Shown: piece after piece, positions 1-7,798 of the stretch
Position numbering within the stretch: position 1 is the first letter of the stretch
Layout: each line of letters begins with the position of its first letter
Virus record (IMG/VR): IMGVR_UViG_3300046171_000107
Coordinates: 1-57,546 of that record
Length of the DNA stretch: 57,546 nt
Origin: a virus
Lineage: Duplodnaviria; Caudoviricetes
Direction: 5' to 3' (one strand)
Notes under the pieces: generated by a model
What the model saw: only the letters and a program-made list of their open reading frames with translations
Database searches by the model: none
Told to the model about the DNA's origin: nothing
Made by a program: the position numbers and the translations under genes

Positions 1-301
1 GGCCCTTGCCTGCGCAGCCAGAGCCCGTGGCCGCGTTGCGCGATTTTTGGTAAATGATTGATTTATCACGGTTTTTGACCCGATACCGGAATCCTAGTTT
101 TTAAGGCCGCCGCCCGCGTTTCGACGCCCGCCGCCCGCGTATCATGCGCCGCGCTATTCGCCCCGCGTTGCCCGTGCCGCGTTCCGCCGCCCGTGAAAAT
201 TTTTAAAAATACCGACGCCCGCGCCCCGCGTTTTTTGGATTGCGCCCCGCCGTGATTTTTCCGCCGTATGTTTTACGCAATCCCCGCCCCGCCGCCCGCG
301 G
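1..301. repeat. Terminal direct repeat, left copy (identical to 57246-57546)
   Basis: Base-by-base comparison shows identity with the last 301 nt. Either a physical DTR or a circular-assembly overlap. Confidence 0.95.
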
Positions 302-348
302 CATGATTAACTCTAATAAACGCCCTAGGAAGCCCGACAAGCGGGCAT

Positions 349-382
349 AAAAAAACCCCGCTAGGGTTATAGCCTAGCGGGG
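349..382 (-). terminator. Rho-independent terminator
   Basis: Minus strand CCCCGCTAGG-ctataac-CCTAGCGGGG followed by a T-run, downstream of ORF 415-678. Confidence 0.85.
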
Positions 383-414
383 CGTTGCGGGCGTTGTATG
401 GGGCTTAAATCGCC

Positions 415-678
415 CTAAAATGTAAACCCGACAAAGACGGGCGTTTCTTCCGATAAGAATATTTCACGGTTGCTATCGTCAAAAGGCGAAAGCGAATAAT
501 AAGCGGGCTTGCCGCGTTTCGCACGTTCACGAAAATTAATAATATAAACGGTTTTAGAATTAACCGCCCGCTTTATAAAATCGCCCGCGCCCATATTGCC
601 AAGCGCAATTTCCCTCACGACGTCGCCATCATTAGTCTGGAATAGTTTAGATCGTTTAAGCATGATTTTAATTCCCAT
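415..678 (-). CDS. Hypothetical early protein
   Basis: 87-aa ORF flanked by terminators. The true start may be the second Met. Confidence 0.7.
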   Translation of the reverse strand: MGIKIMLKRSKLFQTNDGDVVREIALGNMGAGDFIKRAVNSKTVYIINFRERAKRGKPAYYSLSPFDDSNREIFLSEETPVFVGFTF

Positions 679-718
679 ATAAAGTTAATGAAGCCCCGTT
701 ATCGCATAAAATCGCATA

Positions 719-749
719 AAAGAAAAGCCCCGCATTTAAACGGGGCTTA
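719..749 (-). terminator. Rho-independent terminator
   Basis: AAGCCCCG-tttaaatg-CGGGGCTT followed by TTCTTT on the minus strand. Confidence 0.75.
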
Positions 750-770
750 TTCGGGGCAAGCGGGGCGGGT

Positions 771-1493
771 TTATTCTTTTCCGATATCGCCCGCCACATG
801 ATGCCGAATAATTGACCGCGGCGGCAATGTTTTAACAAAAGCCCGCAATTTTTCGCCGTCGGTTTTCCCGTCGTCGGCGGCGTCGGTGACGGCTTGCCAA
901 TGAATGCGGGTTTTTCCGCCGTCGGCATAACAGCCGCCCGCGTCGTCGGGGTTGCCCGCTTTCTTTTTGCCCGCCCCATGCGCCGTAAACATGACAAAAA
1001 AATCACGGTCTAGACGGGCGCATAATGGGGCTTTTTCCCCGCCGCAATTAACGCAACCGACGCCCGCCAAATATTCGGCGGGGCAACGCACGCCCCGCAC
1101 GCCGTCGGCGGTTGTGTTTTTCGCATTCCCGTTCTTTTTCCAAAAATCAGTGGCAACGACGACAACGGCTGGAACGCCCGACGCAACCGACGCGGCGGCG
1201 GCTTTAATAGAGGCGGCGGAAAAGTTTATCACCGTTTTAAGCGGGCTTAATTTATGCGCCCAGAAAAGCGGGTTAAAATGGGAGTATGTAAACCCATGCC
1301 CGCCGCGTGGCTTGCTATCCAGAACGGCGTCTAGATATTCGGCGTCTATTTCCGACGGGGCGCAACCGCGCCCGCTTGCGTTTAATTCGCATGAAGCGGG
1401 GCAGGTATCATATTTGTTAGCCTTGCCCGCCCGATAGGTAACGGCGCAACCCGCCGTCTTATTCGCTTGTGATAATTTAACAGTTTTAAGCAT
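771..1493 (-). CDS. Cys-rich DUF7227/gp88-like protein (probable metal or Fe-S binding) with rearranged motif order
   Basis: Motifs TCPASC, GFTYSH, INFSA, CPAE..CxxC..LC, FTAHG, GCYA..HW, RHHVAGD. Confidence 0.65.
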   Translation of the reverse strand: MLKTVKLSQANKTAGCAVTYRAGKANKYDTCPASCELNASGRGCAPSEIDAEYLDAVLDSKPRGGHGFTYSHFNPLFWAHKLSPLKTVINFSAASIKAAAASVASGVPAVVVVATDFWKKNGNAKNTTADGVRGVRCPAEYLAGVGCVNCGGEKAPLCARLDRDFFVMFTAHGAGKKKAGNPDDAGGCYADGGKTRIHWQAVTDAADDGKTDGEKLRAFVKTLPPRSIIRHHVAGDIGKE

Positions 1494-1564
1494 GGTAAGC
1501 CCCTTTAGAAAATTTAAAACTTTCCGCTTTATCTCATATTATCCCATATATGGCAAGCCCTAAC

Positions 1565-1593
1565 AAAAAGCCCCGCTTTTTAAGGCGGGGCTT
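1565..1593 (-). terminator. Rho-independent terminator
   Basis: AAGCCCCGC-cttaaaaa-GCGGGGCTT followed by TTTG, after the DUF932 gene. Confidence 0.8.
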
Positions 1594-1614
1594 GTCGTCG
1601 TTATATGGGGCGAT

Positions 1615-2754
1615 TTATGCCGCAATGGCAACCCGTTGCCAGTCGGCGGGACGCATGGATAGCAACGCGCCGCCGCGTTGTTGCCACAAGTCGACGTCGT
1701 CGGCGTCGGCTTTATGTGAAACGGCGGTTACGGCGTTAATGAGGGTTGCACGGGAAAGCGGCTTTTCCCGTTCATAGCCCGCTTGCCCGATAGTATCAAG
1801 CAACCCGTTTAAAACGTCGCCTGTTTCTTTTTTGGTTAATTTCATAACCGCGCCCAAATTATCGACGACGGCGGCCTTGTCGGCGTCGGCGTCTATAACG
1901 TCGGCGGCGGCGGCTTTCATGCTTTCCAAAACGGCGTCAAAACTATCGCGACTTGAATAAACCCCGACAAGGTCACGGATTTTTAATTCAAGGGCGCGGT
2001 TGTCGGCGTCCTTGGCCTGATCGGAAAGCAAGCCCCAGTCGTCGGCATCCCGCCCGCTTGTAATATGCGACGAACGGGTTTTATTTTGGGTTTGCATTCC
2101 ATTAAGGCAAGCCAAAGTCCATGCGATTTGATAAACAGAAACAGAACCCGCCCCGACTTCGCTATTCTGCAAGCCGATACCGTTCGCCATGATATCACCG
2201 ACGCCCGCGCCCTCGCCCATATGGACAAGGGATTTAAGGCGCAGATATAACCGCTTATCGGTCACGGTTGCGTTTACAACTTGAAAGCGGGCGTCGCTTT
2301 CCATAAGTTGAGGCAACGCCGATTGAAGCAAGTTGACGTTGTCAAAAGTTTTAAACTTGTCTGAGACGAAAGCCCGCAATTTACCGCGCCCGCCGTCGGT
2401 TAGGGCAAGCCCCTCATATGAGCGCAACATACGCACCGACGGTTCTTTTTGCCAAATAGCGTTGATAAGCCCGTCGAATTGATCCGCATAGCCCACTTGA
2501 AGGCGGCGGGCGGTTCTAACATCAATTCCCGCATGACCCGCTATCTGCCCAAATGAAACGTCGTTTACATCCAGAATGGTTGTCGGAACGCCGCCCCGTT
2601 GCTCAATAACAACTTGCGGAACGCCGTTAGCGTCGGTTGTTTTTTGCAAGTCATGCGTCGGGGCAATAAAGTCGGCTTGCCGCGCCGCGTCGTCACGCAC
2701 CTTTTCCAAAAGACGTGTCAGGGTGTTTTGGCTGTTTTCGATTGAATGGTTCAT
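1615..2754 (-). CDS. DUF932-family protein
   Basis: RAFVSDKFKTFDN, NSEVGAGS and LACLNGM motifs are typical of DUF932. Confidence 0.8.
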   Translation of the reverse strand: MNHSIENSQNTLTRLLEKVRDDAARQADFIAPTHDLQKTTDANGVPQVVIEQRGGVPTTILDVNDVSFGQIAGHAGIDVRTARRLQVGYADQFDGLINAIWQKEPSVRMLRSYEGLALTDGGRGKLRAFVSDKFKTFDNVNLLQSALPQLMESDARFQVVNATVTDKRLYLRLKSLVHMGEGAGVGDIMANGIGLQNSEVGAGSVSVYQIAWTLACLNGMQTQNKTRSSHITSGRDADDWGLLSDQAKDADNRALELKIRDLVGVYSSRDSFDAVLESMKAAAADVIDADADKAAVVDNLGAVMKLTKKETGDVLNGLLDTIGQAGYEREKPLSRATLINAVTAVSHKADADDVDLWQQRGGALLSMRPADWQRVAIAA

Positions 2755-2874
2755 TTTACTATTTCCCGTAGTTTTGGGGCTAGGCCGACGCCCCGTTAAA
2801 AAAGGCCTATGCGTGTTGTCTCATATTATCGCACCCCGTGCAAGCGGAAATTTTAAAAAATACTGTCGGGGGCA

Positions 2875-2905
2875 AAAATAAACCCCGCCGTGCTAGGGCG
2901 GGGCT
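2875..2905 (-). terminator. Rho-independent terminator
   Basis: CCCCGCC-ctagcac-GGCGGGG followed by TTTATTTTT on the minus strand. Confidence 0.75.
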
Positions 2906-2913
2906 TGTTTAGT

Positions 2914-3009
2914 TTATCGACGACGCCGTCGTCGGGTTCGGGGCTTGCGGGCGTGTCTTTCCCAGTCGTCGCCATGGATCAGGCGGGCTATCCAATACAA
3001 TAAGAACAT
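2914..3009 (-). CDS. 31-aa Arg-tailed micropeptide (MFLLYWIARLIHGDDWERHARKPRTRRRRRR), not in ORF track
   Basis: TAATG overlap with the upstream gene, AGGA Shine-Dalgarno, terminator directly after the stop. Confidence 0.65.
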   Translation of the reverse strand: MFLLYWIARLIHGDDWERHARKPRTRRRRRR

Positions 3010-3230
3010 TATTCCTGCAACCCCCAGTCCGCCGCCGTCGTCATATGGATATCGGGGTCTATTGTTTGAACATGACCTGACCGTTCAAAAATTTCCCAGT
3101 TTTCCATATTGTCTAAGGTTCGCTTGAATTGCGCGACGATTTCATCCGGCGTGACTTTGTCGGGGTCAGCCTGAAAAGACGGCACGGTAAAGACAAAATC
3201 GAAGTCGTGGATATATACAGGTTTTGTCAT
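3009..3230 (-). CDS. Hypothetical acidic protein
   Basis: ATGA-coupled to the upstream ORF. Confidence 0.7.
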   Translation of the reverse strand: MTKPVYIHDFDFVFTVPSFQADPDKVTPDEIVAQFKRTLDNMENWEIFERSGHVQTIDPDIHMTTAADWGLQE

Positions 3231-3619
3231 GCCGCCACCTCATAATCATCGGTAAAGGTTGCGTTTAGCATCTCCAATATATCATCGGGCAAAAACAATT
3301 CGGGGTCAGTGTATCCGATATATTGCTCAGATATGTTTGTGACGCCGTTTTTAGTCATGCGGGCTATGGTTTCAGCATTCCATGAACCGCGTTCATCATC
3401 AAACAGGATGGATTTACCGTCTTTTTCAATATCCATAATCAGATAATTATGGCATCCCCAACCGTCCGGCACGGTGTTATAGCCAAGGGCGTCTATCGCA
3501 CGACAAACAATGTTTGTCCCGTTCCACCCATCGCCGTCGTCAAAACCAAATTTTGAAAAGGCGTCTTCCCATGTCCATTCAACTACTGTTCTAGGCATAA
3601 CGCATCCCCCTTGCATCAC
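3227..3619 (-). CDS. Hypothetical acidic protein
   Basis: Operon context. Start probably at the internal Met (MPRTVV). Confidence 0.7.
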   Translation of the reverse strand: MMQGGCVMPRTVVEWTWEDAFSKFGFDDGDGWNGTNIVCRAIDALGYNTVPDGWGCHNYLIMDIEKDGKSILFDDERGSWNAETIARMTKNGVTNISEQYIGYTDPELFLPDDILEMLNATFTDDYEVAA

Positions 3620-3923
3620 TATGGTGACCTTCCAAAACCAGTTCGACAGAATAAGTGTCGCCGTCGTTCCAACCGTGTTCTTTTAACGCAACCTCGACCG
3701 CCGCGTCAGCATCAGGGGCTTCGACCAGTTCATAAATGCTATGCGGATGGTCTAAGAAAAACAGAACAGAAAATTTTAATTTTTTCGGCACGGCAAAGCC
3801 AAAAACATATATTTTCTGGTTGTCTTCATCGTCGGTGAAATCATGGTTCACATAAACGCCTGTAGGGCAATCATCGACCCAGTCCCAAAAGCGTTGGTCT
3901 ATTGTTCTATTATTTTCAGACAT
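3591..3923 (-). CDS. Hypothetical acidic protein
   Basis: GGGAG Shine-Dalgarno within an ACTACGGGAG box. Confidence 0.75.
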   Translation of the reverse strand: MSENNRTIDQRFWDWVDDCPTGVYVNHDFTDDEDNQKIYVFGFAVPKKLKFSVLFFLDHPHSIYELVEAPDADAAVEVALKEHGWNDGDTYSVELVLEGHHSDARGMRYA

Positions 3924-3968
3924 CGTTTTTACTCCCGTAGTTTGTTAACGATGCCCCATCGTATGCGA

Positions 3969-4436
3969 TTATATAGGACTTATCAAGTCAAAAATAGTTT
4001 CCCACTGAAAAGGCTGTTCACAACGGAAAATTGGCTCGACCGCTTCAAGCCCGTCCATCTTTAAATCGACCGCCGCATTAGCGGGATACAAAAAGCATTC
4101 GGCGGGTTCTGTCGGCTTGGTTTGTTTCTTAATCAATATCCAGCAACTGGCATGGCTATGCCGCGACAGCCACGCGACTTGCGACGGTTGCAGGGTGACG
4201 GCGTTGCCCGTTAAAAATTTTAGTTCGACAAAATGAAAGTCGCCTTTTTCATCGCAGATCATCAGGTCAGGAATACCCGCCCCGACCCAGTTCTCAATCC
4301 GCGTCAGCAGAAATTTCCTGTTCGACCTCTGCGCGGCTTCCTTCACTTGCTTGTAAAAGCCTGCCTCTCGCTTTGTTGCGATTGCTGGTATTTTCGTCTT
4401 TTTCTGTCGGGGTGACGTCGATGGTGATCGGGGCAT
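3969..4436 (-). CDS. VRR-NUC / Holliday-junction-resolvase-like PD-(D/E)XK nuclease
   Basis: E..F...RIEN...GIPDL...FVELK...L.PSQVAW pattern. Start uncertain because it overlaps terS. Confidence 0.8.
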   Translation of the reverse strand: MPRSPSTSPRQKKTKIPAIATKREAGFYKQVKEAAQRSNRKFLLTRIENWVGAGIPDLMICDEKGDFHFVELKFLTGNAVTLQPSQVAWLSRHSHASCWILIKKQTKPTEPAECFLYPANAAVDLKMDGLEAVEPIFRCEQPFQWETIFDLISPI

Positions 4437-4914
4437 AACTATTTTTTATCTCCTCAAGTGCTTTCAGGACATCCTCTTTGCTCATGCTGTCGATTGACCC
4501 ATGACGGATTTCCGATTTGCTGACATAGATGTCGCCTTGCGCTTGCCCCCTGCGATACTCAGCCTGAACGGCGGCAGAATAAGCCCCGTTTTCCAACGCC
4601 ATATCCCGTATGGTCTGTAAATCTCTAAGATGACGCTGATAGGTCACCCCGTATTTTTCATCCAGTTCCCGCCGATACGCCTTTATCGCCGCGACGACAT
4701 GAGGCGACATATGCGGGTTGGTAAGTTCATAAGCCCGTGAGTGCGCCGACCCTGCGGCATAGCCCGCGTTTATCGCGGCTTCTCTCAAAGTTATCTGCCC
4801 GTCTTTGCTTACCAGTTCTTTTACAAAAAGTTCCTGCTTGCGTGTCAGGGCTTGCTCCGCAGTGGCCTTCTTTCGACCCCGCGTCTCAGTCTTTACTACA
4901 GATTTTCTCGCCAT
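4294..4914 (-). CDS. terS: Terminase small subunit
   Basis: LTRKQELFV...AAINAGYA..SAHSRAYEL..P.V is the N-terminal HTH typical of TerS. Start MARKS at 4914. Confidence 0.75.
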   Translation of the reverse strand: MARKSVVKTETRGRKKATAEQALTRKQELFVKELVSKDGQITLREAAINAGYAAGSAHSRAYELTNPHMSPHVVAAIKAYRRELDEKYGVTYQRHLRDLQTIRDMALENGAYSAAVQAEYRRGQAQGDIYVSKSEIRHGSIDSMSKEDVLKALEEIKNSYAPITIDVTPTEKDENTSNRNKARGRLLQASEGSRAEVEQEISADAD

Positions 4915-4960
4915 AATCTTTCCACAGTTAAAAAGGTCTACTTGTCTCTTTAACACAATT

Positions 4961-5192
4961 TACACCTATATAGGCTGAAAAACAAAAAATATTTTTTTTT
5001 GATTTTGGGCGCATTAAGGCAGTTTTGCTATTTAACTCTGTTACATTTTAGTAATTATTGGTGTAACACTTTATGTAACAGAAAAAACCTTTGTATTAAA
5101 ACAACTTAACTACGATGTTACATTTGTTACACCTGTTACACCTATTTTTTAACTTTTTTTATTTTTTATAATTTTGAGCCTATATAGGTGTA
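4961..5192. other. AT-rich non-coding element with 16-bp terminal inverted repeats and TGTTACA iterons; candidate replication origin
   Basis: TACACCTATATAGGCT (4961-4976) and its reverse complement (5177-5192), six TGTTACA/TGTAACA copies, long A/T tracts. Confidence 0.6.
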
Positions 5193-5269
5193 TCGCGTAA
5201 CAACGCCTTTGAAGAGGAGTATTCGTTCTCTGGGTTTTGAGCCGTGATCCGCGGACTTATCTTCGCGCT

Positions 5270-5368
5270 TCACCGATCTTTCCAAGCGTCCCAAAAAAGA
5301 TAGGCCAGCAGGGCGAACCCGCTGACCAGATAGGTGATTATGAAGATGTCATCAAATCCAAGAGCCAT
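5270..5368 (-). CDS. 32-aa hydrophobic micropeptide (MALGFDDIFIITYLVSGFALLAYLFWDAWKDR)
   Basis: Hand-translated; one TM segment and a charged C-terminus. Confidence 0.55.
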   Translation of the reverse strand: MALGFDDIFIITYLVSGFALLAYLFWDAWKDR

Positions 5369-5460
5369 TGCGTTGGTTTATACCTTTCCGCCAGCCAGAG
5401 CATTATTGCCATCGTGACAAGGAGTGTCGTTGCGCCCACGGCGTCCATGAATTTTTCCAT
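5338..5460 (-). CDS. 40-aa hydrophobic micropeptide (MEKFMDAVGATTLLVTMAIMLWLAERYKPTQWLLDLMTSS)
   Basis: Hand-translated; one TM segment; overlaps both neighbours. Confidence 0.4.
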   Translation of the reverse strand: MEKFMDAVGATTLLVTMAIMLWLAERYKPTQWLLDLMTSS

Positions 5461-5681
5461 ATCTCTGCGTCCTCAGTTAGTTTCGCTTCGATTTTTGGAT
5501 GAGATACCCAACTTTTGATGCCCAGTTCATCGGTTCGTTTGAATTGCTGGTATTGTTCGCGCCAGTATGTTGGGTCTTCATCGTTCCATTCTGCCTCTTC
5601 TGCGTAGAATTGGCAAATTTGCATACAGGCGTAACCTGTAAGCCACCCGTCGGGTGTTCTAGTTATTTGTGGTAAGCGCAT
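5403..5681 (-). CDS. Hypothetical protein
   Basis: ORF with a GGAGG Shine-Dalgarno inside the upstream gene. Confidence 0.55.
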   Translation of the reverse strand: MRLPQITRTPDGWLTGYACMQICQFYAEEAEWNDEDPTYWREQYQQFKRTDELGIKSWVSHPKIEAKLTEDAEIWKNSWTPWAQRHSLSRWQ

Positions 5682-6975
5682 TAAATACTTCCTCCAGCGG
5701 TTTATCTTTGTTTTTTAGGATCATGTCCCTGACCGTATGCACTTTTGGTATCCCGTAGGCTTCGCCTATTTCTTTGAGCGTTCGATATGTTTCGCCGTGA
5801 ATTACATAGGTGCGGTAGGGTTTGGGGCGGCTATGTGGCAGAACATCGGTGGTTAATGCGTCCTCTAATGTCCACCCGCTGTTTCTGACCCGTGAGGCGA
5901 CTAATTTGGGGTTTGCCCCGAAGGCTCGTGATGCGTGGGTCATGGACTTATATTCGACACCGAAGGCGATAACGGCTTTTAGCGGCTTATTATAAGGCGT
6001 GATCCGCGGTTCGATTTCCAAGGCTTGTTCGGCAGACCAGTTCAGCACCGCTATGCGGCGGTGGGCTGTTTTGTAGTCTACCGTGCCGAAGTAGTCGCAA
6101 GCGTCGGTCAATGTAGGGAAGATTTCCCCAGAAACGGATATGTCGGTTATTTTACGGACGGAAAACTTGGTTAGGCCGTGTTCTTTTTTAAGACGGTAGA
6201 GGGTGTGCTTAGCCATACCGTATTTTTTGGTTATATCGTCGTCGGTTGCCCCACCTTTAACCTCTTCGATTATTTGTTGGCGGACGGTGTCGTCGTATCG
6301 GACGGTCATTTCGGCGCGGGTTTTGGTTGCCCCTGCTCGTTGCAGGATTCGGTTTATGGTGCTACGCCGGACATCATATTTGTCGGCTAGTTGTTCGGTG
6401 GTGATTTTGTTTTCGGTGTAGTCGTTGATAACGGCTTGGATTTCATCATCTGACAGTTTGATACCATATCCGCCCATCGGTGCGCCGACTAAGCCGTTTA
6501 GATGGACGGCGTCGGGGAAGGCGGCTTGGACTTTGGCAATGAGCCGTGGTTCGCGGTGCGCGATCTCTGTTGCCTTGTATTTTTTACAGAAGATTTTAAT
6601 TTTGCACGGTTGGTCATTTTTTAGGAAAGCGCGGTAGATGAAGCGGTCTCTTTTATTGACGCCGTCTTTGCCGTCGCGCTTTGCTTTTTGGATGTGTTGT
6701 TTGAACCGCAGTTCGGGGTCTGCGCTTGACCCGATATATATGCCTTTTCCATCGACAGTTAAGGCATAAAGTTGGCAAGGCCTGTCGGCATGACCTGACA
6801 GTTCGGCGGGCGCGAGGGGCTTGAGCCCCAGTTTTTTGCCCCAGTTACGGACGATAGCGTAGTCGTTGTTGGACAGGCCTTTATTTCGGCAGGCCTGTAA
6901 CACGGAGATTTTTTCCTGCGCCGCGTGTTCATACATATCGCGGATTTGTTTGTCGGAAAACTTACGACGGGGCAT
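5659..6975 (-). CDS. GIY-YIG homing-endonuclease-like protein with multiple HTH/NUMOD DNA-binding repeats
   Basis: LYAL...IYIGSS....RFKQH, a conserved E and LN, followed by HTH and F.TL..A...G repeats. Confidence 0.8.
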   Translation of the reverse strand: MPRRKFSDKQIRDMYEHAAQEKISVLQACRNKGLSNNDYAIVRNWGKKLGLKPLAPAELSGHADRPCQLYALTVDGKGIYIGSSADPELRFKQHIQKAKRDGKDGVNKRDRFIYRAFLKNDQPCKIKIFCKKYKATEIAHREPRLIAKVQAAFPDAVHLNGLVGAPMGGYGIKLSDDEIQAVINDYTENKITTEQLADKYDVRRSTINRILQRAGATKTRAEMTVRYDDTVRQQIIEEVKGGATDDDITKKYGMAKHTLYRLKKEHGLTKFSVRKITDISVSGEIFPTLTDACDYFGTVDYKTAHRRIAVLNWSAEQALEIEPRITPYNKPLKAVIAFGVEYKSMTHASRAFGANPKLVASRVRNSGWTLEDALTTDVLPHSRPKPYRTYVIHGETYRTLKEIGEAYGIPKVHTVRDMILKNKDKPLEEVFNALTTNN

Positions 6976-7462
6976 CGTTTGCTCCCTTCAGATACCAGCG
7001 GCGGCGCGTGTCGGTTGACCAGTAGTCATTGTCATACGGATAGTCATTGTCATACGGATATGTTTTTTGCCGGAAGCATTCGTAGACCACGCAGACCTCA
7101 GACTGTGTGTCTTCATCTTTCCAGACGCAGAGGTCGAACATCCGCTCACCGACTTGGATGCCATACCAGTCCATATCATCACTGTCGCGCCCACTATGCT
7201 CATTTTGGATATGGGCATCACTTTCGTAGAACGCGGTCAGATAGCCCTTTTCATAGTCGGACAAAACCAGTTCGTCGTCATCAGAACCGTGATCCGCGGA
7301 CTGCGGGTATTGGTTATCCCAAGTGATTTCCTTTTGAGCGACATCTTCGGCGGTTGAGATAGCCAGAGCAATGTTTCTCCAGCCGTCATCCGCGTGTTCT
7401 GATTGGTCATCACAAATGTCGTATAGATCGGTCAGTTTTTTCAACACTTCCTGCTTTTTCAT
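6962..7462 (-). CDS. Hypothetical acidic protein
   Basis: Own promoter and RBS box; internal YPYDND duplication. Confidence 0.75.
   Translation of the reverse strand: MKKQEVLKKLTDLYDICDDQSEHADDGWRNIALAISTAEDVAQKEITWDNQYPQSADHGSDDDELVLSDYEKGYLTAFYESDAHIQNEHSGRDSDDMDWYGIQVGERMFDLCVWKDEDTQSEVCVVYECFRQKTYPYDNDYPYDNDYWSTDTRRRWYLKGANDAPS
7023..7058. repeat. Perfect in-frame 18-bp tandem duplication
   Basis: TAGTCATTGTCATACGGA x2. Confidence 0.9.
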
Positions 7463-7511
7463 ATCATTCTCCCGTAGTTGATATAAGATTTATCCCATAC
7501 ATAATATAAAT

Positions 7512-7531
7512 AAAAAGGGGCGTCAAGCCCC
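7512..7531 (-). terminator. Terminator hairpin whose loop is TTGAC (a -35 box)
   Basis: GGGGC-TTGAC-GCCCC-TTTTT on the minus strand. Confidence 0.65.
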
Positions 7532-7798
7532 TTAGTGTTTGGTCTCTGCATCATAATCATATGCGGCGGCGATTACTGCCGCTTGGTTCATGGCGGATGA
7601 CAGCATACCCATTGTGGTATTTGTGTCGGGGCTTTGCACCATAAGACGGAACAGAAGCGCGGTCAGCGCACCGCCCATCACGGCTCCTGCGTTATAGCCT
7701 TCGGCTTCCATTTCATCTAGCAGGGCGTTCATTTCATCCCCTGCAAAATCAAAATCGCGTTCTAGGTCGTTTTTCATCCCCGTTGTATCCTTTGCCAA
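7532..7798 (-). CDS. Hypothetical protein
   Basis: ORF in operon context. Start may be the internal ATG coupled to the upstream stop. Confidence 0.7.
   Translation of the reverse strand: MAKDTTGMKNDLERDFDFAGDEMNALLDEMEAEGYNAGAVMGGALTALLFRLMVQSPDTNTTMGMLSSAMNQAAVIAAAYDYDAETKH

Noticed and set aside
668-1437. ORFs 668-1006 (-) and 952-1437 (+)
   Set aside because: Shadow frames over the motif-bearing 771-1493 gene in GC-rich DNA
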